Below are positions 38,370 to 51,856 of a DNA stretch of 64,000 nucleotides, in pieces. Origin of the DNA: Callorhinchus milii (taxonomy: Eukaryota). How positions within the stretch are numbered: position 1 is the first letter of the stretch; each line of letters starts with the position of its first letter. The translations under genes were made by a program, and so were the position numbers. The stretch is from contig NW_024704742.1 of NCBI RefSeq assembly GCF_018977255.1, positions 80,106,001 through 80,170,000 of the forward strand. The letters are read 5' to 3'. Below the pieces are notes generated by a model, which saw only the letters and a list, made by a program, of their open reading frames with translations, had not been told where the DNA came from and did no database searches.

Positions 38370-38579
38370 CTTTAATATCATTCAGGAGCAAATTCTAAAA
38401 GCAAAATTAACATATAACAACAACTTGCACTTATATAGAGCCATTCATCCAGGTACAAAAGGTGTTATTAGATGAACATTACATCTCCTGATATATAAAA
38501 TGTCAAAATAGCACAACTAGAAGATTTAAATAATTGTAGATTGATTGTTAAAATACTGTAGCATCAAACAAGCTTCAGT

Positions 38580-38998
38580 CAGCCTGGCTCAGTTGGTAGT
38601 ACTCTCCTTTGAATCAGAAGGTTGTGGGTTCAAACCCCATGGAAGTACTGAGAGCTCAAATCTAGGCTGACACTCTAATGCAGTCCAGGGGAATGCTGCA
38701 ATATTGGTGATGCCTTGCTTTGGATGATGTTAAAATTGAAGTACCATCTGTTTACTCTGATGGAAATTAAAGATTTCATGGCATTTGAAAAGAGAAGGGA
38801 GTTTCCATTTGTATATTGGTCATCAACCCTCCAGATAAAAAGGTCCTACTGGCTGTTTTGGAGCATTGCTGTGTGCAAATTGGAGCAAATTGGCTACTTA
38901 TGCTGACTAATACATAAATATTACACTTTTCCAAAATCCTGTAAAACATTTTGAGAAGTTTCAAAGAGGTGATAAAATGCCTTTTTTCAAATGCAAGC
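38580..38998 (+). mobile_element. Deu-domain SINE, near full length
   Basis: cagcctggctcagttggtagtactctc..gaatcagaaggttgtgggttcaaac... through caaatgcaag. Confidence 0.85.
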
Positions 38999-39702
38999 AT
39001 CTCTTTTTATATCACATTTTGTTTTTTACTCTCCATCTCTCTTGAATGCACTGACTCCTGCTAACCCATAGTTATATGGGTGCTCAGTATCCTGCATTGG
39101 CTAACTGAAGAGATCATTCTTCATGGATGAAACTTGACAGTGATTGTTGACAGAAGCTGTACACTGAGGAACAAGAATAGCGAGCCTGATCCTATCACAT
39201 GCAAGGCTGAAGTTCCAGCTCAATATCCCTCCTCCTGGCTTGGCTTCAGGCTCCGCCACTGTTAAGCTCTCCGAGACGCTGCCCCATATGTGAATGGCGC
39301 TAAATAAATGCAGGTTATTGTTTTTTGTTTTCATCACCAGTTGAATAATAGTAGTGGTAATAACTCTTTGACTTAATATCACGTCTTTCCCATTGGTAGG
39401 ACATCTCAATGCATTTCAAATATAAAATGTAGTGACTTTTTGGGGGCAAGCACATTTATTTTCAAAATCCAATGTCTGTATTTGAGCACCTTGCTCTCAG
39501 AGGTAGGTACCGACTTGATGGGCAGAATGACATCCTTCTGTCCTATAAATTTGTATAAGTTAAATTTAAGACTGATTTAAAGAAGTTTCCACAATTCTGC
39601 CAGATCTAACATTTGAAGACAAAATATTGGTGTAGGTTGGCAAGAGCCAATGTTGGGGACCCCAGAGTGTACATTGGTATACTGCTGGAGTTTAACCAGC
39701 TA

Positions 39703-39760
39703 ACAACAACAACAACAAGATTACATTTGTATAGCGCCTTTCACGTGGGGAGGATGTCCC
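39703..39760 (-). mobile_element. Tail-only L2 (type B)
   Basis: (aac)n aagattacatttgtatagcgcctttcacgtggggaggatgtccc. Confidence 0.85.
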
Positions 39761-41365
39761 TGTATAGCTAGCAAGCACCTGTGTGATCATCATCACCAGG
39801 AAGAAAAACAAAGAAGCAAATGCTCTCTTGTTGAATGCCCATCGCAGGCATTGACAATTCTAAAATTAACTTGGCACAGATGCTGATAACAATGTTTGCC
39901 TTCCGTAACAATCATAATTGAGTATATTTAAGTAAATGTTTCAGCAGAAGCAATTGAATAGCAAGTTGTCTTTTCACCAGCATTTGGACTCACATCAATG
40001 ATAATGGAAGACTTTGATTTTCATGCTGGGCCCACTGATAAAGATGATGTGATCAGTTATTAGTGGGTACTGTATCCAAAACAGCATTGCGATTCATTAA
40101 TATTATCATCCTTGAATTTGATATACCACCTTTCACGTTGACAGGACATCTAGCAGGATTCACTGTGAGGAGTAGTGACTGTGCATGTTGTAAAATTCCT
40201 AATAACTTGTCACTCCAAAATAAAAGGGCTTGGTGACAAGTTATTTGGAGTTGCGAGTTAGGGATATGTATAAATGCAGAAATAAATGAGCCTGGGATAT
40301 TGACAGCATGATGACTTCAGTGGCAGTGACAAGTTAAGCCAGGGTTGAGCTATCAGGAGTTTATTGTACATTATTATTCAAACCACATCATTGAAATCCC
40401 TCCAGTCTTGATGAAGCTGAAAGTTACTTGTAACCCCTATAGCGATTTATAATTAGAAATCTTATTAGTTGGCCAACATGGCTAAAGGCAATAATTGTAA
40501 CACTGAATGGAATTTTTGCCCATAAATCTTGCCCATCATGAGATAAGGTAGCAAAGTACAACTTATATTTATATAACACCTTCAGGTAGGATAATGTGTC
40601 ATACCGTCTCACTGAGATAGTGTTGGACTTTGAGCAAAGTTGGAGGATAAGGTGAGAGTAAGTGTGGTTGAAGCGGTAGTTTTTTAGGCATGATTTAAAG
40701 ACCTAGAGAGGTCTTGAGGTTGATGAGGTGTAATTTTCAGCTTGGGCATATTTGCTAAATGTGGTGGGACGAGAGAAGCATAACAGGCCCAGGTTTGCTG
40801 AAAAGAAGGAAGTGAGCAAAAAAGTGGGGAAGGAGAAGATCATTTTAATGACCTTGATATTGATCTATTAATCTCCTCCTACTTAGAAGAACTAGAGAGC
40901 CATGGATTATCAAGGGCAGCAGTTTTTTAAAAAAAGCTAGCGGTCATTATGAGACACGGAATATAGAGGCCAATTTTGTAAGATACATTATAAAAAATCA
41001 GTGCAGAAACTAAAAGAAATATAAGCCAAGATATGTATGGTGTGAAAGATTAGTGGGGATATGAAGGATTTTATTGATGCGTTAAGAGAATAATTAGGGA
41101 AAGTATGATTTCACTCAAGGATATGGAAGGCAAAATTATTGTGGAGAATAAGTGAACAGTGAGAATGCTATATAATTATTTGAATTTGTGTTCACAGTGG
41201 AGGAAGACAGGGAGTTGGTGGGAGAGCTGTAGGTAGATGTGAAAGAACATCTGTTAGTTGTTTATCAACAAGACGCAATAGACAAAAGATTGGTAGCCTG
41301 GCCCAGATGAGTTTCAGCCCAAAATGCTGAGGTAGGCTAAATCCTACACAATAAAATTTACATTC

Positions 41366-41632
41366 ATAATAATAATACTTGCATTTGATATAGTGCCTGA
41401 TCACGTCTTGGAGACAACAACAAAGTGCACTTATATATTGCTCTCCATGCATGGCAGTGTCTCAGAGCGCTTAGAATATACTGCAAAGTGAATTGCCTGT
41501 ATTTTATGGGCGAAACGTAGCAGCCAGTTACGCAAAGCAGTGTTACACAAACCATCGTGGATTGAGTGACCAAATAATTATTAATTTTTTTAAGGGATTA
41601 TTACCCCCGGAAAAGCGATCCGCCTATCGACT
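41366..41632 (-). mobile_element. SINE remnant with an embedded old L2 tail
   Basis: SINE tail, then caacaacaaagtgcacttatatattgc..., then the SINE body. Confidence 0.65.
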
Positions 41633-41923
41633 AATTATAGAGCTCCTTTCACATCAGAAGATTATCCCAAAGAACATTCACAGTGCTAGATGGGTATTTG
41701 AGCTGAAGCTGTAGCCAAAGGGGTTGGAGATGAACAGTGACTGAAAATGTGGTAAAAGATGGAACCTCTTATCAATCATTTTTGGTATTGCGCAAAACAT
41801 GAATCATTCCAAGGCATTTGAGCACATCCAATGTCACGCCACTGTTTAAAAAGGGGAACAAGATAAACCTGGGAACTACAGACCAGCCAATATCATGTCA
41901 GTAGTGGGAAAAATGTTGGAGTA

Positions 41924-42370
41924 CAACAAAAAATTACACTTGTATAGCACCCTTCACATCGGAAAGACGTCCCAGGGTGCTGAACAGTCAGGGTTTTTAG
42001 GACCCGAGTTGAGGGCAGGAGGGTGCTGGTGGGAGGGTGGCCAAAGGCACAGTCAAACAGTTAGGTCTTTAGACGGGACTTGAAGGAGGCAAGAGAGGGG
42101 TTGAGGCGGAGGGATTGTGGGATAGTGTTCCTGAGTGTGGAGGCAGAAATTCTGAATGCCCAACCACCAAAGGTGGGGTGGGAAGTGCGGGAGACCTGAA
42201 GCAGCCTGGTGTCCACCGAGCGGAGGGAGCGGACAGGCTGATATAGGGTGAGGAGTTTGGAGAGGTAGGGGGGAGCAAGACCTTGGAGGACTTTGAAGGT
42301 GAGACCACGTATTTTTTTACTCGATTCTCTGAGGAATGGGGAGCCAATGAAACTGGGCAAGAACGGGGGT
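41924..42370 (-). mobile_element. L2 3' fragment (type B) abutting a CR1 RT fragment (about 41790-41923, +)
   Basis: CR1 text NVTPLFKKG..PGNYRP is cut by the antisense L2 tail. Confidence 0.85.
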
Positions 42371-42684
42371 GATTGGTTCGCGATTATAAGTAGAAGAATA
42401 AATGAATTAGAGAGACTTGGCACCGATTCACAAAGGCCAAGATTCATGTTAGCTTATCTACTTGCACTTTTGAAGGACGTTATTATTAATAAATACTCAG
42501 TCACACTGCTTTACAGTATATTCTGTGAAGCACTTTGAGATGTCTCTGACATGATAAGGTCCAAAATCAAATAAAGGTGTATTATCATGACGGAGATCAA
42601 AGGTGAAATGTGATGGAAGTTGTGTATATATTGTTGTGTTAACCAGGATCAGTCAGAACCTAACATGCACATGTAGACACAATA

Positions 42685-42932
42685 TAATAATAATAATCCT
42701 TGCATTTGATATAGCGCTTTTCACGTCTTCTCGACATTGCAAAGCACTTCACAGAATAGACTGTAAAGTGAATTGACTGTATATTTGTGGGCGAAATGCA
42801 GCAGCCAATTGCGCACAGCAGTGTCCCACAAACAGTCGTGGATTGAAAATGACCAATTTATTATTGTTTTGTTTTGGAGGGATTATTATTAGACGTGTGG
42901 AGTAAGGAAATTTGTCCAACGTTTCACCCTGT
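42685..42932 (-). mobile_element. Young tRNA-SINE, head truncated
   Basis: Reverse complement of the short-variant body and tail. Confidence 0.9.
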
Positions 42933-44842
42933 AAAATGATGTAAAGTTATTTATTGTACCACATATACAAGAAACATAACTAAACCTAAATGGTATTTAG
43001 GTTTAATATAATTTAGATTTTTATAATTAATAATATAATTTTATAATTAATAACATAATTTATATTTTATATGTTTAATTTAACATAGCTTTGGAATAGA
43101 GGTTTATTCCTATAAGAAGAACCTGGAATCAGTTTCAAGGAGACATAATCTCAAAATAGTTAACTTCCAAATCAAATGGGCAGAGGTTAGAAAGAATAGT
43201 TAACTTGTGAGTTATAGAATTCATTACCACAAGTGCTATTGAATCTGGATGGACTGAATATTTGAAAGGGAAAATAGATATAATCAAGTGATCAGCAGTT
43301 AAAAAGAATAAATAAATAAGGGGTATGGAAAGAAATGTGGAAAGTGGGAACGATTTAATGATTTGTAAAAGTTGTTTAGGAAAATAGGTAGCAGTGACCC
43401 AGACATAATAGGCCAAATGACTCAATTTGTGTGGAAAATGACCATTTTTCCATTGCTTCAATGCAAATATATTTGTAAAGAACACATTTCTGTATTATAA
43501 GTACTGCTATATAATCCACTGAGAGCACTTACTCAAAGGAGAAGTTTTACTAGGTTGCTTTTCTTGAGAGATTATGAATTGGCCCCGATTGTTTTCTTCT
43601 CGCAGCTTAAGTGTTAACAAGATGAAATTTTGGGGCTATAAAGAGAACAAAATAATTCCCATGTTCTAATAATTACTGTTTCCGGTAGTTTTATAGAGGA
43701 ATGTGTTAGATCATTGCCACTTTATGGATTATGGTGGTAATGATAATAAAAATCTTTGTACATTATTGAGCTCTGCCTTGGTAGAAGCTTGGTCTAGGAT
43801 AAGAATCTGATTCGAGTGGGTGGTTTATGATATCTGTAATTTGTATAATTATCGGGCTTTAAGGAAATGAGAGCTAAATGTTGGAGAATCTAATCTTGTT
43901 GCAACTTCCAACATTTGACTGGAATTGCAGTAGAGCTCCTGGGATCAGTATCCAGCATGCAGTTCCTACCACAGTAATACAAAGGGAGTCAGAGAAATTT
44001 CATTTGACAGTGATAAATAATATTTTACACAAATACTGATCTAAAATGCACTGCAAAGGCAAGGCAATCCCAGCGAGACTAGTATTGGCTCAGAATTTTT
44101 GACACTTTTGAAATAGCACATGCCCTAACTTGCTATTTCAAAGAAATGTGGTGTTTTCCATCCCATTGAACTGGATTATGATTTCCTTCTCATTCAAATT
44201 ATCCCCAAATTCAAATTCATCACATTTCTGTTGTAGATTTACTGCCAATATAACATGCTCACTATCATCTACAAGCAATTTTGATGTGTAAAGTATTCTG
44301 AGATGTTTATATTATGTGAAAGACGCTGTATGAAAGCAAATTATTATGATATAAGATGCTGTATCGGTTGCTATAGGGAAAGAGGAAGGCAATAGCACTC
44401 TCTCAAAAGACCCATTTCCACATTATATTATAATCCCCAATGGCATTGCAGTAGTGCCATACCACTGACAGATATCTTTAATAATTCATCAGAATGGTTT
44501 TTCAAATGGTGTGAAACTATGCAGGTGGTTAAACACATCTTGAAAATCTGGAGCAGAGGGAAAAAAAGTACATCTCTAATGATATGTGAAATCAGCAGTT
44601 TTGTTTTATGTTCCCATGACACTTACTCAGACATGTTGTCTAGTTATTTGCGATTTTTCCTTTGCCATTTATTAAATGCATCCAGTTGTGCATCTCCCTT
44701 CTAGCGAGTTGAATTCAAGCATGTATATTGGACCCCATTCTGTGTGGCTATGCTGTTAAACATCCTGTAATTTTTTCATTTCTTTTCACCCTCTGGGAGT
44801 GAAAAAATATGACGTGTAAAAATAGTTCAAAATCAGATGATG

Positions 44843-45221
44843 ATAATAGTAATAATCTTGCATTTGATATAGCACTTTATCATGTCGTTGAGATGTCTCA
44901 AAGTGCTTCACAGAATATACTGTAAAGTGGATTGACTGTATACTGTATTTTGTGGGTGAAATGTGGCAGCCAATTGTGAACAGCAGTGTCCCACAAACAG
45001 TTGTGAAAGGAGTGACCAAATGATTATTATTATTATTTTTTTAAGGGATTATTATCCCCGCAAAGCGATCCGCCAATTAACGAATAACCGTGTTCCTACT
45101 TGCTGCTAGGTAAACAGAGGTGTGTGGAGTAAAGAAACTTGCTTAGGGTGTTGCCCTGCCCGGAATGGAACCTGGTTGTCTCTCTTGTTAGAATATTCTA
45201 ACCACTACACTACAGGACTCT
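44843..45221 (-). mobile_element. tRNA-SINE, long variant
   Basis: Includes the gctaggtaaacagagg block and ends ctacaggactc. Confidence 0.87.
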
Positions 45222-46104
45222 ACAATCGGCTGTAAATGAAGACTGGCTGTGATTATGAACCCCCCCCACATATCTTCAGCATAATGGTTGGATAGGAACT
45301 GCGCCCTACATGAACTGCAGACCATTTAAAATTCTGCAGCCCATGTCCTCTACCGCACCAGGCACTGCCCGTTACCCCATTATCGCTTGGCTCCTCGAGC
45401 TCCCCCTTCCCTGAATTCTAGCTCATTGTTCTTGCCTTCAAATCCATACATAACCTCGCTCCACCCTGACAATTTTGCTGCATTGCTAATGCTCTGGATG
45501 TTCGCTTCACTCAAGAAACAGAACGTGAAAGGTGCTATATTAACTTAAATTGTCTGTAGTATAGCGCCACTATTGTACTGTGACCCTCTAATACTCCACT
45601 ATGAGCCACTGATACACAACTGTATAATATAGTACTGTGACTTTACTACCCAGCATTGCATTGTGCCACCCCCCACACTATCACCCCCCACACAGACACA
45701 CACACACATTCACTTGGTAATGCTATAAGCTTTTACCCTGGCGACTGTGGATAACTACTTGAAACGTGCAAATATTGAAGAAAATTATGAGAATGTAGGG
45801 AAGTGAGATTTGAGTTGATAGTAGTATATAGTTTTGCGAATGGACTGTGATCAAGCAATGCATTGCTCAAGAGAGAATGTATATTGAGGCTACGTGAGCA
45901 ATTTTTTAAAAAAAGCAGACTTTATGGTGCGGCTGAATTTTCTTTTAGTAATGAGCAGACTTGCACGTGTGGAAGATGTCAGTGCTGTAGAGTTGCATGC
46001 TCTACATGCAAAGAATGCCAAGGAGCAATTTGATTATAAAAGCATTTTCGTTGTTGGCTCAAGGTTGCTATTTTTAAAGCAAGATTCCAGGGACAATTGT
46101 TGTA

Positions 46105-48281
46105 GGTATGAGGAAAGATTTAGGTAAAATAGACTGGAGAATAAGATTAAGAGGTAAAAATGTAGAACAACAGTGGCAAATATTTAAGGATGTAGTGCAA
46201 ATTTCTCAGGGGTTGCATATTCCCTTGCGGAATAAGAGTACCACAGGAAAAGCAATTCATCTGTGGCTAACTAGAGCAGTTAGGGAAAGCATCAAATGGA
46301 AAGAAAAGGCTTATAAAACTGCCAAGAAAAGCAGCAAATCTGAAGACTGGGAGAGTTTTAGAAACCAGCAAAGTAAAACTAAAAAACTCATTGAGCGAGA
46401 AAAAGGAGTATGAGAGTAAGCTAGCTAGGAACATTAAGTCTGATTGTAAACGTTTTTACAAATATATTAAGAGGAATAGGCTGGTGAGGGTAAATGTAGG
46501 TCCACTTCAGTCAGAGACAGGAGACGTTGTAATGGGGGACAAGGACAAGGCAGAGTCCCTAACTGGGTACTTTGCATCTGTCTTCACCCTAGAAGACACA
46601 ACAAGTCTGCCAACAATAGAGATGCACCAAGTGGATAAGGACAGGGAGCAACTTAGGGAAATTTTCATTAGTAGAGAATTGGTGCTAGGGAAACTGTTAG
46701 CACTAAAAAGTGACAAATCCCCTGGTCCGGATGGCTTGCATCCCAGGGTTTTAAAAGAGGTAGCTTATGAGATAGTGGAGGCCTTATGTCTGATCTTCCA
46801 AAATTCCTTGGATTCTGGAACAGTCCCCATGGATTGGAAGATCGCAAATGTCACACCACTATTTAAAAAAGGTGGAAAGGAAAAGATGGGGAACTATAGG
46901 CCAATTAGTCTCACATCAGTGATAGGAAAAATTTTAGAATCGTTGATTAAGGATGTGGTAGTGCGGTACTTAGGAGAGCACAATATAATTAGGCCAAGTC
47001 AACACGGCTTTACAAAAGGGAAGTCATGTTTGACAAATCTCAGAGTTCTTTGAGGACATTTCCAGTAAACTAGATAAGCGTGAATCAGTAGATATGGTCT
47101 ATTTGGACTTCCAGAAGGCATTCGATAAGGTGTCACGTAAAAAGTTAATCCAAAAGATATGGGCCCATGGAATTGGGGGGAGCATATTAACGTGGATTGG
47201 GGAATGGTTAACGGGTAGGAAACAAAGAGTAGGGATAAACGGGTCCTTTTCGGATTGGCGGGATGTGACTAGTGGAGTGCCACAAGGATCAGTCCTTGGG
47301 CCTCAGCTATTTACCATCTACATCAATGATCTAGATGAGGACATCGAAGTTAATATATCTAAATTCGCAGATGACACAAAACTAGGAGGAAGTGTCAACA
47401 CAGAGAACGACATTAAAAAATGCAGCGTGACATAGATAGGTTAGGTGATTGGTCAGGTGAAGTATAATGTAGGGAAGTGCGAAGTCATCCACCTAGGTAG
47501 CAAAAACAGTAGAGCGGGTTTTTTTTAGAAGGGGAGAGATTAGAATGTGTTAGCGTCCAGAGGGACTTGGGTGTCCTTGTACACCAATCACAGAAAGTTA
47601 GTCTGTAGGTGCAGTAAGCAATTAGGAAGGCAAACGGTATGTTACCATTCATTAAGAAAGGATTAGATTATAAGAGTAGGGAAGTCTTGCTGCAACTGTA
47701 TAGGGCCCTGGTGAGACCACACCTGGAATACTGTGTGCAGTTTTGGTCTCCTCGTTTAAGGAAGGACGTACTTGCCTTGGAGGGGGTGCAGCGTAGATTT
47801 ACCAGGTCAGTGCCAGGGATGAAGGGGATGCGTTATGAGGATAGGTTGACCAATTTGGGCTTATATTCTCTAGAATATAGAAGAATTAGAGGGGATCTTA
47901 TAGAAACCTATAAGATCATCAAAGGGCATGATAGAGTAGATAGTGGGAGATTGTTTCCCCTGGTTGGAGAAACTAAAACCAGGGGTCACAACCTTAAAAT
48001 CAGAGGCCAGCCCTTTCGCACTGAGATGAGGAAGAACTTTTTCACTCAAAGGGTGGTGAATGTATGGAACTCACTACCCCAAAGGGCTGTTGATGCTTAG
48101 TCCTTGAAAATATTCAAGACTGAGATAGATAGATTTCTTATTGCAAAAGGGATTAAGGGATATGGGGATAAGGCAGGGTCAGGTTATTAGCTGGAGTTAG
48201 ATTAGAAGATCAGCCATGATTGAATGGCGGGGCAGGCTTGAAGGGCCAAATGGCCTACTCCTGCTCCTACATGTTATGTTG
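46105..48281 (+). mobile_element. 5'-truncated CR1 LINE (about 2.2 kb), RT pseudogene
   Basis: Four ORF pieces: KSPGPDGLHPRVLKE, NYRPISLTS, SQHGF / [27 protein letters not shown] / VRPHLEYCVQFW, TRGH, WNSLP. 3'UTR ends ggcctactcctgctcctacatgttatgtt. Confidence 0.97.
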
Positions 48282-48896
48282 TCAGTATCAAACTCTGACT
48301 GAGATAAATAATATAATTTAAATTTTCCCCTACCACAATGACACAATGATATCTGAGAACAATTAAGTCCATGCTCATCTCATGATTCTGTCTGTTTGAC
48401 TTTTCTATTGCTGCTGTGCTGTGGGTTTAGTAAGGTTGGTTGGGATCCAATATAACCAAAAGGTGAGAAACATCAGATGTGAGTATTCATGATCTGAGCT
48501 CAAAGAAGATGATGGTGAGTATGACATTAAATAATAACAATTTATATAACTGTCACCTCAGCTGGGAATTCAAATGTTGTATGGAAATAACATCTATGTA
48601 GATAGGGGCGAACTGGATATATGGGAAATCAGGAAATTTCCTGAGGCACCCCCTTGAATAGTTCTCAAGTGCTCCCAAGAATTGCTCCTGATACTTACCA
48701 TCCTGTGCAGTCAAGTTCACAAATTCTATTTAAGCCCAACAAAATTTTTAAACCCGAGGATGTTTCATGCTTTTTGGCACCCCCCCCTCACCCCATAAAT
48801 CAGCACCATCATTTTACATGACCAACTTGAGCCCTTTCAAAGAGTAAGTCCTCCATTGTATGTAGTCAAATACAGACAAAAGTGTGCATTCATGTT

Positions 48897-49288
48897 ATTA
48901 ATAATAATCTTTGTATTCAATACAGTGCCTCGTCACATTGTTTAGATGTTTCAAAGCGCTTTGAAGGATTTACTATGAAGTTCATGACTATATTCCGTAG
49001 GCAAACGTAAATGCCAATTTGTGCACAGCAATGTCCCACCAACAGCCACAAAGTGAATGACCAATTTAATCTGGGGATTGTTGACCAGTACATCAAGAGA
49101 CATGCCTTTTTTTTATGTTCAGGCAGATAGGACATCCGTTTTGCATCTTGTCCAAAGGATAGCATCTCTGTCGATGCAGCACTCCCTCAGTACTGCACTG
49201 GAGTGGCAGCTTGACTTTAAGCTCAAAGTCCAAACACGGTGCTTGAAACTACAACCTTCCGAGGCGAGAGTGCTACCAACTGGCTCAA
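48897..49288 (-). mobile_element. Deu-domain SINE
   Basis: Reverse complement includes gcagcactccctcagtactgcactggagtg and the head gagagtgctaccaact. Confidence 0.82.
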
Positions 49289-50184
49289 TTAAGGTTAATT
49301 TTAGTTAAGGATGAGGAGAAGCCCATGTGTCCCATGAATATTAGCCCTGTTTTATCTAACTTTCTGGGCTCATTTGCTCTGGCTCACTCACCCAATGCTT
49401 CAGGCCTACAATGGTTCAGTAGGCATAGAAGAGTTCCACTGCTGGAGGAGCTTTCTTTACGACAGTAAACCCACACTAAAAGCTTATGGGAGAAACATGA
49501 GTATAATTGAAAATTCAATTTTAAACTGAGCTTCTTCCTTTTTACATCAGCCATGAGATAGGATTTGGTGCTCCAGATTTCAACAGGTCACTGTTTGAGT
49601 CTGTCTCCCTGGCAATGGGCCCCTGGGAAAAAGAATAATTATAATGCTGTCTACCCTTGTGCAGCTTTGGCAGTACAGTTGTGCTTTGAATCAAATTGCC
49701 TTGTCTCAGAGTATTGTGTTCAGTGCAGGTTGCCACACCATAAAAAAACATATTCACGCTTTGAAGATGCTGAAACAATACACATCCCTTGTGCAAAGGC
49801 ATTGAGCTACAAGGAAGGATGAATAAGACAAGAGAAGTTAAATCAGCAGTCTAGCGAGAGTATGCTTGAGAGATCTAATTTAGATATATAAAATATTAAC
49901 AGAGGGTAGAGCTGGAATAATACTTCAGAGGAAACTGAGAAAGTAGAGCAAGTGGACATAAATTAATGGAGATGAATAGTTTAAAAACAAATATTAAGAA
50001 GAACTCTTTTGAACTTGGTGTAATAACTATTTGGACCAATCTTCCAGGCGGAAGCAAAAGCAATCTGGACAATCAGAAAGAAACTGGATGCTATATTGGG
50101 TGAGTCAAGATAGAGGGATGAGCTTCAGCGATGAAATACCCTTTCCTCATCCTTGACTTCCCTTGTGTTATGTCCTTTGCGGCA

Positions 50185-50822
50185 TAATCAAAGTTGGAAT
50201 TCCATCACATTTGTTTCCACTCTGCAACATTGCCTGTTTCCGTCTCTACCTCACAACCAGCGCAACCAAAACCCTCATCCACACCTTCATTACTTCCCGA
50301 ATGGACTATTCCAATGCATTCCTCGCTGGTCTCCCGAGCTCCACCATACACAAAATCCAGTTAATTCAAAACTCTGCCAACTTGATAATCACCCGCACAA
50401 AACAATGTACCCCCATCACACCAGTCTTTGCCAGGCTCCACTGGCTTCCAATTACCAAATAGATTGATTTCAAGATCCTCTCACTCATTTTCAAATCCCT
50501 TCATGTACTCGCACCTCCCTACCTATTCGATCTGCTTATCTCCCACTCCCCCACTTGAAGCCTCCTGTTTGTCCTTCGTCCCCTCCTACTCCACCAACGG
50601 TGGCCTTGCCTTCAGCCACTACACCCCAAACTCCCTCAATCCCCCTGCCTTGACCCTCCCTCCCTACCTTCAAATCCCTTCTAAAGACCTACCTTTTTGA
50701 TCATGCTTAGGGTCCTTCTCCCCTTCCTCTCCCCCTGGCTCATTGTCAGACTTACCACTGTCAAGCACTCTGAGGCGCTACTCCACGTGAAGGGTGGTAT
50801 ATAAATACAAGTTGTTATTGTT
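50185..50822 (+). mobile_element. Old L2 3' portion (third tail type)
   Basis: TLIHTFITSRMDYSNAFLAGLP...IQNSA...LHWLP; tail ataaatacaagttgttattg. Confidence 0.88.
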
Positions 50823-51146
50823 CTACTCATTCCCATGTTCTATCTGTTTCTTTATACAATTGTGCAATTTAACTTAATATATTGTGGCAAACATTGTGAT
50901 TTGTTTCATTTATGTTTTGGTAAAGTTTTTTTTTGTCTGACAAGAGTTCTCCCGGTCTGAATTAGTCAAATCTTAAAAATCCCCAAGCAACATATAAATG
51001 CCTTGCCCCGGTGTCAAGGACACTCGCATAAAACCGTGCGAATTCTGGCCACTGAAAACACCAAAAGGTAAAGGTTCGCTTCTTAATGACTGCATTGACA
51101 TCGCATTATAATCAACATCTAGAACCAAGAGCAGGTAAAACTGCAT

Positions 51147-51178
51147 ACTTGATCTTAGCCAAAAGGCTGAGAAGCTAA
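51147..51178 (-). pseudogene. U2 snRNA 5' fragment
   Basis: Minus strand GCTTCTCAGCCTTTTGGCTAAGATCAAGT (51175-51147) matches U2 nt 4-32 at 28/29, with G11>A in a CpG context. U2 sequence recalled from memory. Confidence 0.85.
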
Positions 51179-51200
51179 TATAAAGTAATATCAGTTTAAA

Positions 51201-51216
51201 CCAGCAGGTGGCAGCA
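51201..51216 (+). promoter_or_regulatory. CTCF-like motif
   Basis: CCAGCAGGTGGCAGCA fits the core CCA[C/G][C/T]AG[A/G][G/T]GGC[A/G]. Motif match only. Confidence 0.4.
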
Positions 51217-51494
51217 CCACCATTCTCCAGGTAAATTGTTCCATTCCATGTTCCAGCCTTGCCATTCATTTATTATCCAGAGGTAGGTAACTTTAATGAT
51301 CTAGATCAGGCTTTAAGTTCTTATTAAGTAGTTCTTACTTACAGTTAATATGCAAAGAAGGGCGGAACTCTACGTTCTCCTGGACTTTTGTCCCCAGAAA
51401 ATACACCGTCACTCCACTTTACTGAAGCACTTTAAGACTTGCTTCCGATATGAAACGCACTGCATCAAATTTACAGATTTTTATTGTTTTTATA

Positions 51495-51840
51495 AATTAC
51501 AAGAGAGATTTGGATGGCCCTTCGGCCCATTTGATTTCATTCTAACAGATATCCACTTTACTGTCTTATCACAGCATCATACTATTTCTTAAATGAGCCA
51601 TCCTTCCTGGCAACCTGTTCCAGTTGTTAATTACCCTCTTTAGAAAACCTTTGTGGTATCTGTCCTGAAATAGCTCTTTGCAACTCTAATCCTGTGTCCT
51701 CTTCTTCTCCTGTGTTAATGCAGCGTAAAATATGATTCTGGACTTACTCTTTCAATTCCATTTAAATATTATGCATCTCTATAAGATCTCCTGTGAGATA
51801 TTGTCTTTCAAGACTGAAGAGTCACAGCTTGTCTAAACTT
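51495..51840 (-). mobile_element. CR1 3' remnant
   Basis: Antisense of the family at 29320-29810. Confidence 0.7.
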
Positions 51841-51856
51841 GAACATGTCTATTGCT

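Noticed and set aside
43010..43085. AT-rich 20-bp tandem duplication; also (TAA)n at 58970-59000 and (GA)n near 63020 and 63375
   Set aside because: Ordinary low-complexity or slippage sequence.
44107..44142. 12-bp-arm inverted repeat
   Set aside because: Short, AT-rich and without supporting context; plausible by chance in 64 kb.
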